Assembly (NCBI GenBank): GCA_963790475.1
Contig: CAWBOS010000013.1
Location: 320,001 to 384,000 of the forward strand
Length of the DNA stretch: 64,000 nucleotides
Source: an uncultured delta proteobacterium
GTDB taxonomy: Bacteria; Desulfobacterota; RBG-13-43-22
Direction: 5' to 3'
Shown here in pieces: positions 1 to 9,082 of this stretch (positions are counted from its first letter, which is position 1; each line of letters begins with the position of its first letter). The notes beneath the pieces are model-generated. The model was given only the letters and a program-made list of their open reading frames with translations, was not told the origin of the DNA and searched no databases. The position numbers and the translations under genes are program-made.

Positions 1-111
1 CCCGAGTTGGAATATCAATATGTAGTGGCTACTATCGATGTCAAAGAACAAAAACTAAAACTCTACTTGGATAAAACCGAACAGTTGGTGTTCAACTACA
101 AATTACGTTGA
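1..111 (+). CDS. 3' end of a probable transposase (integrase-core/IS481-like), truncated by the window edge
   Basis: Frame 1 reads PELEYQYVVATIDVKEQKLKLYLDKTEQLVFNYKLR* and is followed directly by repeated end motifs. The family call is by resemblance only. Confidence 0.45.
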   Translation, partial: PELEYQYVVATIDVKEQKLKLYLDKTEQLVFNYKLR

Positions 112-120
112 GAAACCCTT

Positions 121-173
121 TGTCCACGATGTCATGGCATGAAAATCTGTCCACGATGTCGTGGCATTCATCA
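121..173. mobile_element. Probable IS right end with two 20-nt direct repeats
   Basis: TGTCCACGATGTCATGGCAT (121-140) and TGTCCACGATGTCGTGGCAT (148-167) match at 19/20 positions and lie just after the transposase-like stop. Confidence 0.5.
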
Positions 174-431
174 TCTACTCCATTTAATAACTGCTAATTG
201 TCCAACAGCCCCACCTTCATTTCCCTTGGCTTTTTAGCCTCTCGAAGACCGCTGATAAAACGGCTTTCTTCTATTCCCCCGGGAATCCAGTATATTAATC
301 AGTTTTTTCTCTCACCCAAAAGTAGATACTATTCTGAGAAGCTGACCTTCTGATTTTCGTTCTAAGTCATACTGACATAATGCTGGCAGTCCGACAGGAT
401 ATAGGAGACCAATCATAGTTTTTACCAGCCG

Positions 432-460
432 TTGACAATCAGATTGTGCTGTGGTATTTT
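432..460 (+). promoter_or_regulatory. Sigma70-like promoter
   Basis: TTGACA (432-437), 17-nt spacer, TG-n-TATTTT (455-460). Palindrome ACAATC-A-GATTGT (435-447) overlaps the -35 box. Confidence 0.45.
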
Positions 461-532
461 TTTTAACTATCTTATTAATTTTTCTTTTCTTTTTGTCTTT
501 AACCCTAACTCGGGGAGTATAAGATGAAGATC

Positions 533-571
533 AAAGGCCCTTTTCCTTTTACTGGAATTGGGCCTTTTTTT
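533..571 (+). terminator. Rho-independent terminator-like hairpin
   Basis: AAAGGCCC...GGGCC followed by T7. Confidence 0.55.
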
Positions 572-611
572 ATACTTTTCCAAGGCTTTCAAAATTTTCC
601 GGAAAAAAGTT

Positions 612-660
612 GAGGAGTCTCAGGAACTTTTAAAGTCACAATTTGTGACTTGAAAAGAGG
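612..660 (+). repeat. Orphan ORF6N-type palindrome or gene remnant
   Basis: AAGTCACAA-T-TTGTGACTT (633-651), extending to 627-657 with one mismatch. It translates as EESQELLKSQFVT*, similar to [13 protein letters not shown] of the ORF at 2056. Confidence 0.6.
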
Positions 661-726
661 AGAACTGTTTAAGGTTACTAAAGATAGGGTCTCAACTGAA
701 TGAAATAAACAATAAGGGGAAAATAG

Positions 727-1275
727 ATGGAATCTTTGGTTCCGACGGAAGTTATTGAGAGCAGAATCTTATTGATTCGAAGGCAGAAGGTCATGCTGGA
801 TTCCGACTTGGCGGAGCTTTATGGGGTAACAACGAAAAGACTGAATGAACAAGTTAAGCGGAATCGTGGTCGTTTTCCTGAGGCTTTTATGTTTCAACTG
901 AACTCCGAGGAAAAAGCCCAGGTGGTCGCAAATTGCGACCACCTGGCCAAGCTTAAGTTTTCGGCCACCCTCCCTTATGCTTTCACTGAACATGGGGCTC
1001 TCATGGTTGCCAGTATACTTAATACCCCCCGAGCTATTGAAATTAGTATCTTCGTCGTGAAAGCCTTCGTTAAACTCCGGGAGATGATCTCCACCAATAA
1101 AGATTTAGCCCGGCGGTTGGATGATCTGGAGAAAAAATATGACGGCCAATTCCAAGTGGTCTTCGAGGCTATCCGGGCCCTAATGGCTCCGCCGGTTAAG
1201 CCTAAACGAAAAATCGGCTTTGATCTGAAGGAGAAGCAGGCCGGATATGGCAGGAGGGGAACGAGAAAAAAATAA
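727..1275 (+). CDS. ORF6N-domain DNA-binding protein (paralogue 1)
   Basis: Motifs RQKVMLDSDLAELYGV..K.LNEQVKRN..RFP..FMFQL, PYAFTEHG and C-terminal KRKIGF. Confidence 0.88.
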   Translation: MESLVPTEVIESRILLIRRQKVMLDSDLAELYGVTTKRLNEQVKRNRGRFPEAFMFQLNSEEKAQVVANCDHLAKLKFSATLPYAFTEHGALMVASILNTPRAIEISIFVVKAFVKLREMISTNKDLARRLDDLEKKYDGQFQVVFEAIRALMAPPVKPKRKIGFDLKEKQAGYGRRGTRKK

Positions 1276-1313
1276 GGTGCTAATTTTCATCAATTTCACC
1301 ATGATCTGGCAAT

Positions 1314-1385
1314 GTCATTCCAGACTCGATTCGGAATCCAGTATGTGAATCCACCCAAGGAAGGATGCTTCAACCGGAGCAATGA
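1314..1385. repeat. REP/RPE-like palindromic element, degenerate
   Basis: GTCATTCC-AGACTCGATTC-GGAATCCAG has the same architecture as the element at 34325-34422. Confidence 0.5.
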
Positions 1386-1424
1386 AAATTGGAATTCGAT
1401 ATCTTGAAAGGAGAAATGAACACT

Positions 1425-2045
1425 ATGGGAAAGGTGGTAAAGGGTAAACGGAAGGGAGCTGTTCCAAAAGCAAGACCAAAGGTAAAAAAAGATGAAAACC
1501 AGGACAGGGTTTACCAGCTCAGGATATCACTCATCGGCAGCAAGCCGGAGATTTGGAGACGAATCCTGGTCTCGGGCAATACCACCTTGGCCAAGCTTCA
1601 CGGAATCATACAGATACTCATCGGTTGGGAGGATGACCATCTCCATGAATTTGTTATTGCCGGGGTGCATTACACTATGCCTTTGCCTGATGATCTGGTC
1701 CCGTCTCAGGATGAAAAACGATTTCGTCTTTATGAGGTAGCCGCTAAGGAAGGCCTGAAATTCCTCTACACCTATGACTTTGGTGATGACTGGGAGCATG
1801 AGATCATGGTCGATAAAATCCTGGAAGAAGACAAACGGTTCGTTGGAAAGCCTGTCTGCATAGGGGGTGAGAATGCCGGCCCTCCCGAGGATATCGGCGG
1901 CATATTAGGCTACCTTGAAACGTTGAAAGCCATCAAGAATCCCCGCCATCCGGAACACGAGGAGTTGAAGGAATGGCTCGGGGAGTTCGATCCCAAGGCT
2001 TTTGATATCGATTTGGTAAACCGAATTCTGTCGAGAATGAGATGA
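1425..2045 (+). CDS. Plasmid pRiA4b ORF-3 family protein
   Basis: Motifs [21 protein letters not shown]...GW...[16 protein letters not shown] and GPPEDIGG. Start moved to ATG 1425 downstream of GGAG. Confidence 0.88.
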   Translation: MGKVVKGKRKGAVPKARPKVKKDENQDRVYQLRISLIGSKPEIWRRILVSGNTTLAKLHGIIQILIGWEDDHLHEFVIAGVHYTMPLPDDLVPSQDEKRFRLYEVAAKEGLKFLYTYDFGDDWEHEIMVDKILEEDKRFVGKPVCIGGENAGPPEDIGGILGYLETLKAIKNPRHPEHEELKEWLGEFDPKAFDIDLVNRILSRMR

Positions 2046-2055
2046 GGAGGTTTTA

Positions 2056-2610
2056 ATGAAAGAATCCGATATGGCACCTGCTGAGATTGTCGCAAAAAAA
2101 ATATTCCTTATCCGCGGGCAGAGAGTCCTGTTAAGCTCCTCCTTAGCGGAACTGTACGGGGTTGAACCGCGGGTGTTGATGCAGGCCGTAAAAAGAAATC
2201 TTGATCGGTTTCCTTCGGATTTCATGTTTCAATTATCCATAGAAGAGTTCCAAAACTTGAAATCACAGATTGTGATTTCAAGTTGGGGCGGATTGCGCCG
2301 GGCAAGACCTTATGCATTCACTGAACAAGGGGTGGCTATGTTATCCAGTGTCCTTAACAGTCCAAGGGCTATTAAGGTTAACATTACGATCATGCGCGTT
2401 TTTGTCCGGCTTCGCCAAATGATGGCCTCCCAAAGGGCCCTGTCCGGCAAGCTGGCCGAATTGGAAGAACGCATCCAGGATCACGATGAACAAATTACAG
2501 ACATTTTTAAAGCCATACGTCAGCTCATGGCACCGCCACTGAAACCCAAACGAAAAATCGGCTTTGATCTGAAGCAGAAACAGGCGAGGTATGGAAAAAA
2601 GAAAGGGTGA
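2056..2610 (+). CDS. ORF6N-domain DNA-binding protein (paralogue 2)
   Basis: Motifs IRGQRVLL...[43 protein letters not shown] and KRKIGF. GAGGAGG RBS. Confidence 0.88.
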   Translation: MKESDMAPAEIVAKKIFLIRGQRVLLSSSLAELYGVEPRVLMQAVKRNLDRFPSDFMFQLSIEEFQNLKSQIVISSWGGLRRARPYAFTEQGVAMLSSVLNSPRAIKVNITIMRVFVRLRQMMASQRALSGKLAELEERIQDHDEQITDIFKAIRQLMAPPLKPKRKIGFDLKQKQARYGKKKG

Positions 2611-2630
2611 AAGGGAAAGAGGAATCATCA

Positions 2631-2819
2631 ATGACGCCTGAAAAATATTACGCCCACAGCCTGCCCGGCAGGCCCCCTGCCGAATGGCAGCCGCTGGAAA
2701 CGCATCTGAAAAATGTGGCTGAACTGGCCTGGGGATTTGCTGACTGTTTTGGGACGGGGGAGTGGGAGTATCTGGCGGGGTTGTAGCATGATTTGGGGAA
2801 GTATTCATTTGATTTTTAG
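2631..2819 (+). pseudogene. cas3: cas3 HD-domain N-terminal remnant
   Basis: Reads MTPEKYYAHSLPGRPPAEWQPLETHLKNVAELA...LAGL*HDLGKYSFDF*, with the YAHS, H..V and HDLGK motifs. In-frame TAG at 2784 and 2817. Confidence 0.8.
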
Positions 2820-2856
2820 GAAATGTCTATAAAATAGTTGGAAGGCAGAATTATTC

Positions 2857-5208
2857 ATGAGATTTATCGCAAGATTTAATGAATCTGGTGGAGAACAGAC
2901 CCTCGTCAATCATCTGACCGGAGTCAGCACGAAAATTCACGTTTTGACCGACAATGATTTTTTCGGCGAGATTACTGGAATGCTTCATGACATAGGTAAG
3001 TACTCGGTCGCGTTTCAAGAACACGTTCGATCCAATTCGGAGGAGAATAAACCAGACCATTCGTCTGCCGGAGCGCAATTGCTTCTAAGCCTATTAAAAA
3101 AGCGAGCTGAGGAAATTGGTGAAGAAGAAATTAAACGGATTGCCCCGCTAATGGGACGCATGATTGCCCATTGCGTTGCAGGGCACCATTCGGGGCTGTT
3201 AAATGGATCTTCGGTTGGAGATGAAACCTCTTTAGAACGCCGGCTGACCAAGATATTGGAGCCGTATCTAAGTAATATCGAGCCGGACATTTCGCAAAGA
3301 TTAGATTCAATGGTCAATTCACTTTTGTCTGAAGAAAACCTCGATTATGTCTGTCGTTGGATTGATTCTGACGGTAATGTATCCGGGCGAGATGCATATT
3401 CGCTGCAATTCGCCATCAGAATTCTTTTCAGCGCTCTCGTTGATGCAGACCGACTCGATTCAGAGCAGGCCGGGAACCCCGACCAGTGGAAGATGCGTAT
3501 GTCGATAAAGAAAGATACGTTCCCTGTCTTGCTGAAAAAGATCGAAGATCATTTGAGCACACTTCCCTCGAATGGGACTGTGAACAAGGTGCGCAGAGAA
3601 GTCTCAGAGCAGTGCAAGGACGCTGCATCGGTGGAGCCGGGTTTTTTTGATTTAACCGTTCCAACAGGAGGGGGCAAAACATTTGCCAGTCTGCGATTCG
3701 CCCTTCACCATGCAATTAAACATGGGATGCGCAGGGTCATATATGTAATGCCCTACACAACCATTATTGATCAAAATGCGGATGAGTTCCGGAAGGTATT
3801 AGATCGAGACAAAGCTAGCATCAACGTACTTGAACACCATAGCAACATGGAACCTGAAAAGGAAACTCAAGAAAGTGAATTACTGACTGACAATTGGGAT
3901 AGCCCGGTTGTTGTAACCACGAGTGTACAATTCTTTGAGTCTTTCTATGCGGCCAAGTCAAGCCGATGCAGACGGCTGAATGCTATCAGGCAGGCAGTAA
4001 TTATTCTTGATGAGGCCCAGACAGTCCCTGTGCGCTACTTGAAGGCCGTAACTTGGGCGCTGGAAGAGCTTGTCACCAATCACAGTTGTTCAGTTGTCTT
4101 CTGTACGGCGACACAGCCGTTGCTGGACTCAAAACGTCTGGACGGAGAGGCACTGGATAATCATAGGATCGGTGTTACGAACGTCCGGCCAATAATTACA
4201 GAGCCTCAGAAATATTTTGTTGGACTGAGCCGTGTCAGGGTCCGTTCGGTTGATTCCAAGGAACCTCTCTGCGTCTCTGATATTGCGGCTATGGTAATGG
4301 AAAAGGCACAGGCAAGGAAAAGCGTACTATGCGTTCTTAATACAAAGAGCAATGCCAAGGCAATCTTCAAAGAAATGAACAATGGGACTGTTGTGAACAG
4401 ACTCTGGCACCTTTCAACTGGTATGTGTCCCCAGCATCGGAAAGATGTAATCGAGATTGTCAGATTGCTAACGGCCTATTCCCGCAAAACAGGAACGAAA
4501 GCTCCTATTGTGATCAGCACGCAACTTGTTGAGGCTGGAGTGAACCTCGATTTTGACGTTGTATTCCGAGCTATGGCAGGAATCGATTCTATTGCGCAGG
4601 CGGCAGGGCGGTGTAATCGCGAAGGCAGCATGCCTGCCCTTGGGGAAGTCTATTATTTCAGGGCGGAAGAGGATCTTCGCCACCTCCGAGATATCGCTGA
4701 AGCAAAACGTATAGGAATCGATACCCTTTCTGCCCTTGAGGGCAATACCGCGCTTACACAGGCCGAGAAAGATCCCATCGGTCTCATGGCGGTAGAGGAG
4801 TACTTTCAGAGGCTATACTGGAGCCAAGCTTCCGAGATGGATGAAAAAGGGATTGTTGCCCGTCTCACGTCACCGCGAAGAATAGAGGAGAGTGCCTATG
4901 TGCCTTTTACCACTATTGCCGATGACTTTCGATTCATAGAGAATGACACAGTCTCAATTCTGGTGCCCTATGGCCAGGTAGGGAAGTCGTTGTGTGACAA
5001 GCTAATCAAGGGCGGAATGTTGGGGTTTGATGAATACAAGACGGCAGGCAGATACTCTGTACAGGTATTCAGAGACACGTTGCCAAAGTTTAAACCACTT
5101 GTTTCCCCAACGAAAAGCAGCTGGCTTGTGCTGGCAGACAGTAAACATTACAACGAAACGGGCCTTCTTGGGCCAAATGAACTTTCAGTGGAGGACTATA
5201 TAGTATGA
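2857..5208 (+). CDS. cas3: CRISPR-associated HD nuclease/helicase Cas3
   Basis: Motifs HDIGK, GHHSGL, LVDADRLD, PTGGGKT, LEHHS, ILDEAQ, TATQP, STQLVEAGV and QAAGRCNR. Confidence 0.96.
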   Translation: MRFIARFNESGGEQTLVNHLTGVSTKIHVLTDNDFFGEITGMLHDIGKYSVAFQEHVRSNSEENKPDHSSAGAQLLLSLLKKRAEEIGEEEIKRIAPLMGRMIAHCVAGHHSGLLNGSSVGDETSLERRLTKILEPYLSNIEPDISQRLDSMVNSLLSEENLDYVCRWIDSDGNVSGRDAYSLQFAIRILFSALVDADRLDSEQAGNPDQWKMRMSIKKDTFPVLLKKIEDHLSTLPSNGTVNKVRREVSEQCKDAASVEPGFFDLTVPTGGGKTFASLRFALHHAIKHGMRRVIYVMPYTTIIDQNADEFRKVLDRDKASINVLEHHSNMEPEKETQESELLTDNWDSPVVVTTSVQFFESFYAAKSSRCRRLNAIRQAVIILDEAQTVPVRYLKAVTWALEELVTNHSCSVVFCTATQPLLDSKRLDGEALDNHRIGVTNVRPIITEPQKYFVGLSRVRVRSVDSKEPLCVSDIAAMVMEKAQARKSVLCVLNTKSNAKAIFKEMNNGTVVNRLWHLSTGMCPQHRKDVIEIVRLLTAYSRKTGTKAPIVISTQLVEAGVNLDFDVVFRAMAGIDSIAQAAGRCNREGSMPALGEVYYFRAEEDLRHLRDIAEAKRIGIDTLSALEGNTALTQAEKDPIGLMAVEEYFQRLYWSQASEMDEKGIVARLTSPRRIEESAYVPFTTIADDFRFIENDTVSILVPYGQVGKSLCDKLIKGGMLGFDEYKTAGRYSVQVFRDTLPKFKPLVSPTKSSWLVLADSKHYNETGLLGPNELSVEDYIV

Positions 5209-5939
5209 AAAGAAAATCACCACCATTAGTTTTCACTGTTCGTGCTGAACGGGCGCTGTTTACCAGACAGGACCTTCGGATAGAGCGCTTCACGTATCCA
5301 GTACCTACGTTTGGTGCTCTTGCAGGAGTTCTGCGGTCGATCTACGCGAAACCCGCTTTTTACTGGGTACCGTCGAAGGTACTTATCTTGCAACCCATTA
5401 GTTACCAGAATATCCAAGTCAATGAGGTGAAAGATGCTGTTATCACGCAACGCCCATTCATTGCACCGGATCGGCGTGTCCAGAAAATGCAGACATATCT
5501 AAATAACGTTCATTATGTTGTTGAGGCGCACTTTGAGTGGTCTGGCAAAAACCCTGAAGACGAGAACCTCGGCAAGCACCTTGACATTTTTCGTCGATCC
5601 TTAGAAGTAGGAGGCCGTCGTGATGTTTTCTTAGGATTGAGGGAATGTACTGCTGTCGCAGAACCAATTGATGCAAAGTTCGATACGTTCAAGACGGAGG
5701 ACAGATTCAGTGCTGTCGTGGAAGAACAACGTGGGGAATGGAGGAAAATGGGACAAACAGGCTTAACAATGGATGTAGGCATTATGTTTTACGGTTGGGA
5801 GTGGGGTTCCGCTGGGGATGGGACAGATACACCTATCTTTTTTCATGCGATGGTGCAAAACGGTGTTCTTGAATACCCTCATCCAGATGATACTACCAAT
5901 CTCATACACCAAAAATTTGAAAGGAGGGCAGCGCAGTGA
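5205..5939 (+). CDS. cas5: Type I-C Cas5 (Cas5d)
   Basis: Motifs ALFTR...ERFTYPVPT..A..G...IY.KP, NEV and FLGLREC. Start overlaps the cas3 stop. Confidence 0.9.
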   Translation: MKRKSPPLVFTVRAERALFTRQDLRIERFTYPVPTFGALAGVLRSIYAKPAFYWVPSKVLILQPISYQNIQVNEVKDAVITQRPFIAPDRRVQKMQTYLNNVHYVVEAHFEWSGKNPEDENLGKHLDIFRRSLEVGGRRDVFLGLRECTAVAEPIDAKFDTFKTEDRFSAVVEEQRGEWRKMGQTGLTMDVGIMFYGWEWGSAGDGTDTPIFFHAMVQNGVLEYPHPDDTTNLIHQKFERRAAQ

Positions 5940-7995
5940 TTGCTGAACTCGTCAAGCAATACGACACGCTTAAGAGATGCAATGCTGAAGTGCCAGACCC
6001 GTATTTCAAACAACTGGAGGTCTGGGTAGAGATTATTTTGAAGTCTGATGACTCTTTCTACGTAAACTGGATTGGCAAACCAAAAGAAACGCCGAAGGAT
6101 AAGAAACCTACGATGAAGGAAGAAGGCGATACAGATGTGAATTGCCCCGTCACAGAAAATTCAACCTGCCGGTCCAGCGGGAACGATTCTCCACATGGTC
6201 TGGTGGATAATGCTATGTGGATTTTCGGTAAGTTCGCAACTGAAAAACAGAAGCAGAAATCGCAAACGGTGCCCAGAAAACTAGCCAAAGGAAAACAGAG
6301 CAAGGATAAAATTCCCTCTGATGAAGCCAGACGACAAGCCTATTTGAGTCAAATAAAAGCCTTTTATGATTATAAGCCCGATGTGCTCGGAGAGGTTAAG
6401 ACAATTTATGATTGCCTTTCCTCTGACGCTAAACGCAACGAACTATGGATAGCCATTGAGAAGGAACTGAAAGACAAAATTATTGATTGGAAGGGGGGAA
6501 GCTGTTTGAGAAAGACCAGCATAAGTGGCAGGTAACCGCCTCAAAGGCGAATATCCGGTGGGTAATCCAAAGTACCGGTGAATCCGGCAAGCCAGTAAAT
6601 GTGCTGGAGAATGTGAAAAAGGAATGGAAAGCCTTTCAGGAGAGCAAGAATGAATGGTGGATTACTAGCTTAGTAGATGGTCAGCGGAAATTAGCCCGAA
6701 TACTCCATCCTAGGGTTGGGGGAGCCAGTCTCGTCTCGTTCAACAATGCGGCAACATATTGTGGTCATTTAAGCCCTGAGTATAGAGGGAAACCTGGCAA
6801 GAAAAAAGAAAAAGATGGTGGCAAAGAAAAGAAGCGCCAAAAAAGTCGTCAAGGAGCTAATAATGGTAATGAAAAAGAGGAAACCGATGGTAGTGCTCTT
6901 CCTGCTCAGGTTGGATTTGAAGAGGCCGAGAAATACTCGAAGGCTCTTGACTGGCTAATAGAAAAATCGTCAGTCAGGTTTGGCGGCGATTCAGTTAATT
7001 GTATCTGGGTTGACCAAGGACAATCGGATGTCCAAGCGTTGGACTACGGTGCTTATGAGATTGTTAAACCACAGAATGAAAAGAGCATTTTTTCTAAAGG
7101 AAAGGCCAAAGGAGGCAAAGGACAAGTTCTGGCGGATAGCGGCGATTTGCTCAAAGCTTTACAGCGGTTTAGGAGCGGTCAAGAAGCTGGTTACCGTGAC
7201 AAACGGTTTTACTTGCTTTCGCTCCTCTTACGGAGAAAGGGTCGGCATGCAGTCCTTGGCAGCTACGTGGGCACTATGGCCCTTCTCGATGACAATGCCA
7301 ACCAGTTCGTCAGTCACACAAAGATAATGATTCCTCCGCGGTATCTTAACAATAAAGATGAAGCCCGTGAGTTCTGTCCTACATTGATGGATATTCTCTC
7401 TGCGGCGGGGGTCAAGTCTGAAAAAAAACAGCGACTGGTATGGGACCGTGAGGTCATTGAAGTAATTGTCACAGGTCGATCTCTGCCTGTGGATTTATGC
7501 CGGTTGGTACTACAGAAGGCCATTAAGGATAAACACTTAGAACGGTCAGAAAAGAAACGTTCAGAATACTTGGCACTGCTTGCTACTGCGGCAGGATGTG
7601 CCAGACACTATCTAACCGCAATCAGAAAGGAGGGATACGGAATGGGACTTGATACAAACATAAAAGATACCGGTTATCTCACAGGGCGATTATATGCTTT
7701 ATGCGAGAATATCCAGAAGCGGGGGAGGAGTTGGGGTCCAACTCTATCGGACAAACTGTTCTCTGCTGCTATCGATATGCCAAGGCAAACGCTGGTACAG
7801 CTTTACAAGAACTGCCTTTGTTACGAGGTATATAAGGCAGACCGAGAGTGGTTTGCGGAGATATTCGACAAGTTAAAACTGAACGACGGTGATTGCGGTG
7901 AAGGGGAAGTAATGCCCGAGACCGGCGTAGACCAATTTGCATTTATGCTGGGGTACTGGCACCAGCGTGGCGAACCTGCAAAGGACAAACAATAA
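5936..7995 (+). CDS. cas8c: Type I-C Cas8c (Csd1), split by a one-base frameshift at a G6 run (6493-6498); ORFs 5936-6535 and 6487-7995
   Basis: Lies between cas5 and cas7. Motifs RSS...PHGLVDN, ASLVSFN, GYLTGRLYA..E.IQ and FMLGYWHQ. One extra G gives ...DWKGGKLFEKD... and one continuous ORF. Confidence 0.82.
7642..7995 (+). CDS. cas11: Probable internally translated Cas11c small subunit
   Basis: AAGGAGG (7627-7633) lies 8 nt before in-frame ATG 7642 (MGLDTNIKDTGYLTGRL...). Internal Cas11 translation from cas8 is established for type I-C. Confidence 0.7.
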   Translation: MGLDTNIKDTGYLTGRLYALCENIQKRGRSWGPTLSDKLFSAAIDMPRQTLVQLYKNCLCYEVYKADREWFAEIFDKLKLNDGDCGEGEVMPETGVDQFAFMLGYWHQRGEPAKDKQ

Positions 7996-8059
7996 AAGTG
8001 GGGACGATAGTTCTACCAGAGCACAGACAAGAGAATAAAAAAAGATAAGGAGAACGACT

Positions 8060-9082
8060 ATGACCACAAATGCTTTGAAAAAACCAATCGAAAGCCGTGT
8101 TGATTTTGTTCTTGTTTTCAGCGTTGACAATGCCAATCCGAATGGTGATCCCGGCTACGATAACCGTCCACGGATGGATGGATATACCGGACACGGCTTA
8201 GTTACTGACGTGTGTCTAAAAAGGAAGATAAGAAATAGGATCGAGGCAATTAAGGAGCTTCAAAGCGGCTACGATATATGGGTTCGTTCAGGAACATATC
8301 TGAGAGAAACTATTGGAGATACACTTGATAAGGTAAGAAAGGAAGAAGAATACAAGAAACTAAAAACAGACAATGAAAAAGCCCAGTACGAGAAACGTCG
8401 CCTGTGTGAGCAGTTCTTTGACATAAGGGCTTTTGGTGGTGTCCTGACAAGTGACTCCGATTCCGAGGGCGAAGAAGGCCAGGCTGCGACCACGCAGAAA
8501 GCCAAATCCAAAGTCAGCCAGGTTCGCGGGCCAGTAAGCATTCAGTATGCCAAGAGCATCACTCCTATTGTCGTGGAAGACGACGAAATAACTCGAGTCT
8601 GCCCAACAAAATTCGAACCTAAGAAACCGGACAAACAGACAGAAATGGGGCGTAAGAAACGAATTCCCTTTGCGGTATATGTTGCCAAAGGGTCTGTCAG
8701 TGCCAGGCTCGCTGAAGGTGACAAGGGGACGGGATTTTCTATTGAGGATTTGAATTTGTTAAAAGAAGCAACGAAAACCCTGTTCCTAAATGACGAAAGC
8801 ACAGCCAGACCTATTGGATCAATGATTATACAGAAAGGAGTGTTCTTTACCCATAAAGATAAAGATGGCGACGAGGCTGTTCACAAAACACTGGAGCGGC
8901 TCAAGGTAGAATTCACGGGCAAAGAGGAAAACGGCGTCAAAGTCGAGAGATCGGAAAAGGCCAGAGATATGGGATGCTACAAAATATCCCTCGACAAAGA
9001 AAACCTGCCTAAAGATGATAATGGACAGCCAAAGATCAAGATAGAAGAGTTCGGCGAGTATGCTGCCGTGAATGTTTCGTGA
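8060..9082 (+). CDS. cas7: Type I-C Cas7 (Csd2)
   Basis: Motifs NANPNGDP...NRPR.D...GLVTDVCLKRKIRN, FFDIRAFG, VRGPV and TEMGRK. Confidence 0.95.
   Translation: MTTNALKKPIESRVDFVLVFSVDNANPNGDPGYDNRPRMDGYTGHGLVTDVCLKRKIRNRIEAIKELQSGYDIWVRSGTYLRETIGDTLDKVRKEEEYKKLKTDNEKAQYEKRRLCEQFFDIRAFGGVLTSDSDSEGEEGQAATTQKAKSKVSQVRGPVSIQYAKSITPIVVEDDEITRVCPTKFEPKKPDKQTEMGRKKRIPFAVYVAKGSVSARLAEGDKGTGFSIEDLNLLKEATKTLFLNDESTARPIGSMIIQKGVFFTHKDKDGDEAVHKTLERLKVEFTGKEENGVKVERSEKARDMGCYKISLDKENLPKDDNGQPKIKIEEFGEYAAVNVS

Noticed and set aside
2784-2819. Two in-frame TAG codons in the cas3 stub as possible amber recoding
   Set aside because: Each is one change from TGG or CAG, similarity ends soon after, and TAG is a normal stop in other genes here.
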